DNA of 64,000 nucleotides from Zancudomyces culisetae HAW-14-8. Taxonomy: Eukaryota; Fungi; Kickxellomycota. A program made the position numbers and the translations under genes. The stretch spans positions 1,364,001 to 1,428,000 of the forward strand of contig JBNJNM010000013.1 of NCBI GenBank assembly GCA_052426225.1, read 5' to 3'. Shown here in pieces: positions 58,478 to 64,000 of the stretch. Under the pieces are notes generated by a model that saw only the letters and a list, made by a program, of their open reading frames with translations, had not been told where the DNA came from and ran no database searches. Numbering within the stretch: the first letter of the stretch is position 1; each line of letters opens with the position of its first letter.

Positions 58478-59992
58478 TCATTCAGAGTTATTCCTAAATA
58501 TAGATTCGGTTAGATTGGTTCGATATTCTCGTGACAATCTGTAGAACGAATCGAAAACGAGTCTAGACGACCAAAACCCGTGTGCGACTATATCATCGAT
58601 GTTTGCTCCTGCATCCGTTGCGATTGTATATCCCAATGCCCTAGCTTTAGGTCTTTTGATTCCTTTCGGTAATTTAATCAAATCAATAAAGAAATTTATA
58701 TGTTTAAAGATCCTCTGTGCTCCGATTTTGTTGTTTTTGTTGTTGATCGCCCTGATGAGGTAGACAATGTTGGTATTGTTGTTCCTAGGGTGGGGTGATG
58801 CAGATGTAAATGCATCTGGACCCAATCTGTTAACATACTCGATGTATGTTAGCACTGGACATAGGTAAGCGAGTGAATGCTTGTGGATAGTGACTGTCTT
58901 GGTGATGGATAGACCCATTCGTTTCTCTTTAGGTTCCACAACCGTGAGCCTTATAAATCTTTCTGTTACTGTCGTCATGCTTTGGTCAATCCTTTCAATG
59001 TCACTCGGTCTCATGAAGCCACATATACCGAGAAGGAAACAAAGCTTCTGAGTAAGCCTATGGATACTAAGTTGAGTGTTAGGTCCCCAGTCCCTTAGAG
59101 TTTTAGCTATAGGTGTTATGTCATAGTGATTAGAAGATAGGTTAATAGTTTTTAGAGTGTTAATTGATTGAATAAACTCTTTATACAACCAACTGTCGCT
59201 AATGATCCTTCTGTCTGGTAGCAAGTTAGATATAGCTGCACTGTTGTATTTTATCGTGTTATAGGACCATTTTAAGTTATATCGTCCATCCGATAAGTAG
59301 TTTATGACGTCTGAAGCGGAAACCTTGTCCATAGTAATAGATAACTCGCTGATGTAAGCGAGAAACTTCCTCTGAGCTAGGGAGTAACGTCTATCAAGGT
59401 GGATAGACTTGTGATTACTGGTAATAAGCGTCAAGGCATGATCGTTGAGTCCCGCTTCGACATACCGTGACCGCTTAACCTCCAAGCGGCTAGCCTCCAG
59501 CTCTTGTTCTTGTTCATGAGGCGTTTTCCGCTTGAGGGGTCTGCTAGAACTTCCCGGGCAGGGATCAGAAGTGGACTGGAGGTCGACAGGGCCCTGAGAT
59601 CCGGGAACCAAAGGCTCGACTTCCAGTATGGGGTCACCAAGGTCACGGAAAGTTTCTCCCTCCTGACCTTTTGGATGACCTGGGGTATCAAGTTCCATGG
59701 AGGGCAGATGTAAGGGTTCCTCCATGGGTTCCAATGGTAACGGAGAGCATTGGAGGCTACCGCCAACGGGTCCCTGTACCAGGTCATGTACAAGGGAACC
59801 TTCTTGTTGGTCGCTGAGGCAAATAGATCGATGTCGTGGGGACCGAGCATCCGATCTATCTTGCTGAACATCCTGGAAGATATCTCCCATTCCACTTGCG
59901 CTGTCAGTCTGGATGGCGCATCTGCTGGATTGATCGCTGAAGGGATGTAATCGATCTGTGGGCGTGTCCTCGACGTCAAACAGAAGTTCCAT
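58478..59992 (-). CDS. DIRS tyrosine recombinase ORF (N-terminal part overlaps the MTase frame)
   Basis: LTQKLCFLLGICGFMRPSDI (catalytic R), EPKEKR (K), LCPV, PKARALG, IVAHGFWSS (H/W), FDSFYRL (Y). Confidence 0.88.
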   Translation of the reverse strand: MELLFDVEDTPTDRLHPFSDQSSRCAIQTDSASGMGDIFQDVQQDRSDARSPRHRSICLSDQQEGSLVHDLVQGPVGGSLQCSPLPLEPMEEPLHLPSMELDTPGHPKGQEGETFRDLGDPILEVEPLVPGSQGPVDLQSTSDPCPGSSSRPLKRKTPHEQEQELEASRLEVKRSRYVEAGLNDHALTLITSNHKSIHLDRRYSLAQRKFLAYISELSITMDKVSASDVINYLSDGRYNLKWSYNTIKYNSAAISNLLPDRRIISDSWLYKEFIQSINTLKTINLSSNHYDITPIAKTLRDWGPNTQLSIHRLTQKLCFLLGICGFMRPSDIERIDQSMTTVTERFIRLTVVEPKEKRMGLSITKTVTIHKHSLAYLCPVLTYIEYVNRLGPDAFTSASPHPRNNNTNIVYLIRAINNKNNKIGAQRIFKHINFFIDLIKLPKGIKRPKARALGYTIATDAGANIDDIVAHGFWSSRLVFDSFYRLSREYRTNLTESIFRNNSE

Positions 59993-61376
59993 AAACCTTC
60001 GGCTACCTCCAAAAGTTTCGAGGAGCGAGTCCCACCTTGATTCTTGACGTATGCGATCGTCGATTGTTGTCGCAATAGAGCAGAATGCTCCTCCCTATGA
60101 CTTCTGGAAGCCTGAGAGCCATCTGAACTACCTGTAGTTCCTTGACATTGATCGGCTGCTGGCTCCAAAACTTGTCCCATGTCCCACTGTATGTTCTGAT
60201 GTCTGTCACTATGCCCCATCCCTTGTCGCTGGCGTCCGTAAATATCTCCTTGGAGGGAACTTCGGGTATAAATGACCTCCCGTTCCACTGTTTGAGCTGT
60301 GTAGCCCACCATTTCAGGTTCTCGATGGCTGGAGGAGGTAGAAAAACTGTCGCATTCCAGTCTCCATGTTCCTTGAGGCCCCTGATCTTGGCCTCCTGAA
60401 GGCGCCTGAGCCTGAGACGACCCGGGAGCAGCGCAATCGAAAGCGACTGGGCCCTCCCGATGAATGATGCCAGGTTTCTGAGGGAAGCTGACCCGCGATT
60501 GATCAGCTTCTCGGCTTCCCGTCTGAGATCCCGCTTCTTGTCCTTGGGGACCTTCAGTGACATCTCGCGGCTGTTGATAGTCATCCCCAAGTGATCGATA
60601 ACTTGGCTTGGGATTAGGGATGACTTTGACTCCTTGATCAAGAAGCCTACCTTTGCCCGTTTTTTGAGGAGGAGGCTGACGTTTTGGGCACACCGGTCTT
60701 TTGAGTCGCCCAAGACCAGCAAATCGTCTAGATAAGCTGTCAATCTGATTCCTCTCTGCCTCGCCCATCTGAGCACGGGCTTCAGGACCTTCGTGAAGGT
60801 CCAGGGACTTAAAGAGAGACCGAAGGGAAGGACTCGGAACTGGTACAGCTTCCTTCCCCAGGTAAACCTTACGTATTTTCTTGATGCCTTGTTCAATAAT
60901 ACGTGGAGGAAGGCATCTCTTAAGTCGATACTTGCCATCCAGTCCTTTCTCTTGATGATCCTGCAGGTTTGCTGCAGTGTTTCCATCTTGAAGGACCGGG
61001 GAGGGACGTATTGGTTGAGGGGTTTTAGGTTCAAAACCGGTCTCAACTCTCCTGATTTCTTTGGGACGAGGAAGAGGCTTGAGTAGAAGCCTTTCTGGTC
61101 GCTTCTGCCCACTTCCTCGATGGCCCTCTTGGCCAAGAGGCTTATGATCTCTGCCTCTAAGGTCTCTCTGGCTGCTCTGCTCGCCGGAGGTGGTCTCGAC
61201 CGTGGCTGCGACGTGGTCGGTGGTTGGGTATGGAAGGGGATTCTGAACCCCTCGGCTATCACGGACTGTACCCATCTGTCGTCTGTGAGTCTTTACCAGG
61301 CTGCCTGGTACTGGGCAAGCCTTCCTCCTACTGTCTCTTCGCTGCCCTGTGCTTGGATCCAAAAGGGCGAGGGGCA
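59431..61376 (-). pseudogene. DIRS pol: reverse transcriptase, RNase H and adenine-methyltransferase-like domain, with one nonsense codon and one frameshift
   Basis: VGGRLAQYQAAW*RLTDDRWV (TAA 61293-61295); RT ASIDLRDAF, LPFGLSLSP, AYLDDLL; RNase H FTDASDKGWG, INVKEL, LYCDN. A 1-nt loss near 60065 moves ...STIAYVKNQGG...NPADAPSR...IDLFAS...YICPPW into the frame of the 935-aa ORF. Confidence 0.9.
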
Positions 61377-62238
61377 CTAGAGTTGAGAGTTTGAGGGCGC
61401 TGGGATTGCGTATACCTCTGAACACTCTGCTGAGGCGCCGGAGGCTGGCTTGACTGACCCGGGCTATGCTGAAACGTGGTAACGGGCTGCATTCTGGGTC
61501 CCAACCGTCTGGATACGTTGGCTCTGGTGTTCTGCTTGGCTTGTGATACTGATTTTCTGAGCTGGTCTCGTGCTGATATATGCTCGATGATCTTCGCTGG
61601 TTCAATAATGAGGTTCTGGTCCTCCTCCCTAAACTTAGGGGTGCTTCCCTGAATTCCCATTGATCTGAACATGTAATCAATTCTCTGTTGGGTGATGGTA
61701 GATGCCACATCACTGACCAAATCTCTGATATTGTTGGCAAAATCAACGGCGTCCTTCCTGCTAACAGCTCCATCGCCTTGAATGCACTGGTGGATGAAAT
61801 AGTCAATCGGTCTAGTAATGCCTGACAGCTTATACTGAAGGTCGTATAATGCTGCGTCTTGGCGCCTAGCCGATTGACTCTGTCCCATATCTGGAAGGCT
61901 TGGCGGTGTATATTCCATGCCCTCGTTGCGTGGACACGAGGCATAAAAGGTTCGCCTATCCGTCTCAGATAGTTGACTTTTAAAAAAGTCTTTATCCATG
62001 CTTGTAATAGCATTCTGAGTTCAGGGTAGAGCTTAAGATCGTATGTGGCTGGTCTTTCGACCACATACTGAACCTCGGGGACCATCTCAGCGTCTTCTGA
62101 GGCTGGAACCGGTGCCATAGCGATATCCGGGCCTCTTTCGACGCTGGATAATCTGGTTTCCAATAATTTAATCTGCTCAGTAAGCTGCAATACCCATTGT
62201 GGTGGCATATCTGTATAGTTTCCTTCATTGTTAGTCAT
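61328..62238 (-). pseudogene. DIRS gag-like ORF1 with an apparent 1-nt frameshift near 62015
   Basis: MTNNEG...YPEL (frame of 62238) continues as NAITSMDKDFFKSQL...CPRNEGMEYTPP...LYDLQYKLSGITRPIDYF (frame of 61999), with stop TAG at 61328-61330. Identified by its position upstream of RT. Confidence 0.75.
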
Positions 62239-62524
62239 ACTATGTAGTTCTACTGCCTGTATATTGCTTGGATTTTTTGTAAAAAATACTTTTTTTAAGA
62301 CCTATATAGTAATGATCAGCAAATTTTTCTGAACAGAATGGTATAGTTTATACTTTTGCCTTAAATTTTAGTTTTTTTGTTTATTTTTTGGTTTGATCAA
62401 TTTCAATATTATAATGTCTAAGATATCGATTTTTAATAGAGTAATTACTTGTATTTGATTTCAAATTTGCTTCAATTTGTTGTTCGGTTAATACCTGAGA
62501 AAAAAAATAAGATAAGAATTACAT

Positions 62525-62701
62525 AACAAGTACAATAGTCAGATTGATAAGTATTTGTGAAAAATTTTCATGCAAAAAATTTTTTCAAAATTTAACTCAT
62601 TTTATTAGCATAAAATTAGCGAATCAAATTCTATTCTAGAATTTGGTGAGTATTTTCCAAATGTAATAAAGATGGCATACACACATCAAGCGTATTTTTC
62701 C
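62525..62701. repeat. DIRS 5' inverted terminal repeat
   Basis: Reverse complement of 57925-58101. Confidence 0.95.
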
Positions 62702-62819
62702 GATTGAAGTACAATATAAACTGTATTTGTATTGGTTAAAAATTCAAAATGAAATTATACATTGAAAATTTTTTTATAATGAGACTATTTTGGGATTGTA
62801 TAAAAAAATACTTTAAAAT

Positions 62820-63820
62820 TCTGTCACTTTCCTTTAGACTTGATAACTGCCTCAACGGTTTTGGACATACTATCTATTAGACCAAGTATTGTTTCCACTG
62901 AAATTTAATTCCATTCCGATTCTATTCGCTCCCATAATTCGATCATCCTGAACGGAGGTTTACTGTATCTATTTAGGCGTCTTTTGATGATTGCCCATAT
63001 AGTTTCGATTGGGTTTAATCTGGAGATTGTGGCGGCCAGTCCAATGTATTATATTTCTGGTTTTCAAGCCAGCTGGTAACTAACTTTGCGGTATGTTTAG
63101 GATCATTGTCATGTTGAAATATTATTGACTTGGGATCCAACTTGTAGTACTTATTGTATTGCTAAGCTCGTCTTTTAAAATGTTTAAATAACCTTCGTTG
63201 TTTAACATTCCTTCTATTAGTCATATGTAGCCAGTTTCAAATGCTGTGATGCAACCCCAAATCAACAGTAATCTTAAACTGTGTTTTACGGTCTGGTTAA
63301 TATTTTGCGGCTGTAGACTGACACCATCACGAACCCAATTCCATTCATTTCCATCAGATCCAAATCGATTGATTTTAGTTTCGTCGGACCAAATTACTCG
63401 TCGCCAATCATCAGTAGTCCAGTGGCGATGAGATTTTGCGAATCTCAGCTTTTTTGCAATATTTTTAAGGCTCAGTTTCGGTTTGGAGGTTTTTTTTTTT
63501 GCAACGGCTTTTAAATCATTAAAAGCCCTATATATTGTAGACTTACTAGCACTAACAATATTATCCATTTCTAACTTCTTTTGTATCGAAGTAGCAGATC
63601 GATACTCTCCAGATAATATCATCCTAGTACATATTCGCTTGCTTTGGGGTGAAAGCTTCGCTGGACGACCGCGTTTATTAGCCGGTATATTGATATTCAT
63701 TGCTGCTTTAAATCTGTATATTGTTGCTTTACTAACATCATGTTATATAATGATTTGGTCAATGCTTCTGCCTTCAAGTATCGCGTTTTTTATATCCAGT
63801 TTACGTTGTTCAGATATCAT
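62820..63820 (-). pseudogene. Tc1 transposase pseudogene
   Basis: ATG 63820 MISEQRKLDIK... with a TAA at codon 26, then KRGRPAKLS, WRRVIWSDETKIN, IWGCI, IFQHDNDPKHT...WPPQSPD-LNPIE (D34E spacing after frameshift repair). Several stops and frameshifts. Confidence 0.92.
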
Positions 63821-64000
63821 TTTTTAAAAAATTTTTAGTTAAATTAGTATTATGCTATTATATATTATTAATTGTAAAAGTTTTAAAAATTTAATAATTT
63901 AATTCATAAAGTTATGATAGTTTAAATTTTTTTTTTGAAAAATTCCCAACATTGTCTCATTTTTAAAATTTTTTCAATTATATTTTCATATGAATTTTTA

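Larger units (their letters stand above)
57875..62715 (-). mobile_element. DIRS-type tyrosine-recombinase retrotransposon, full length (4841 bp)
   Basis: 177 bp ITRs, unequal terminal extensions, an ICR complementary to both ends, and gag, RT/RNase H, MTase-like and YR coding regions. No TSD beyond a shared AT. Confidence 0.95.
57750..64000 (-). mobile_element. Tc1/mariner (DD34E) DNA transposon, decayed, interrupted by a DIRS element; other end outside window
   Basis: TA followed by CAGTGAGTGTCAAAA at 57748-57764, a Tc1-type terminus. 62737-62797 is an imperfect inverted copy of 63942-64000. The transposase remnant lies at 62820-63820. Confidence 0.8.

Noticed and set aside
59431-62238. 935-aa ORF as a single genuine protein
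   Set aside because: It is a chimera of the gag N-terminus, an overlap frame and the RNase H tail/MTase, produced by two apparent 1-nt deletions.

Overview
Eukaryotic, AT-rich genomic DNA from a fungus. The gene content, sparse short GT-AG introns with CTAAC/CTAAT branch points and the DIRS element style suggest an early-diverging lineage, possibly Kickxellomycotina/Harpellales; this is an inference and is unverified. Left to right: Hsp110/Sse1 (runs off the window start), a small Cys-rich secreted GPI-type protein, a spliced mitochondrial TPR protein, and a scramblase/LURP-like protein. Then comes a dense intronless block (citrate synthase, MAK5, SEC8, eIF3d, stand-alone pseudouridine-5'-phosphate glycosidase), followed by a ~13 kb region with no recognisable gene that holds a 650 bp duplication. 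Next are a half-size ABCA transporter, two divergently transcribed spliced genes that the ORF track shows only as fragments (a conserved hypothetical and Mrp49-like), convergent DYRK and LAMMER kinases, and a secreted tandem-repeat protein with 14 RGD motifs and YRDD repeats. The right end holds a full-length DIRS-type tyrosine-recombinase retrotransposon (177 bp ITRs, 98 nt ICR, gag, RT/RNase H, adenine MTase-like domain, YR) inserted into the terminal inverted repeat of a decayed Tc1 (DD34E) element. The best leads are the poly-RGD secreted protein, a candidate -1 ribosomal frameshift and ~2.5 kb of overlapping dual coding in the DIRS element, and a candidate structured ncRNA near 43 kb. All calls come from manual reading, with no database searches.
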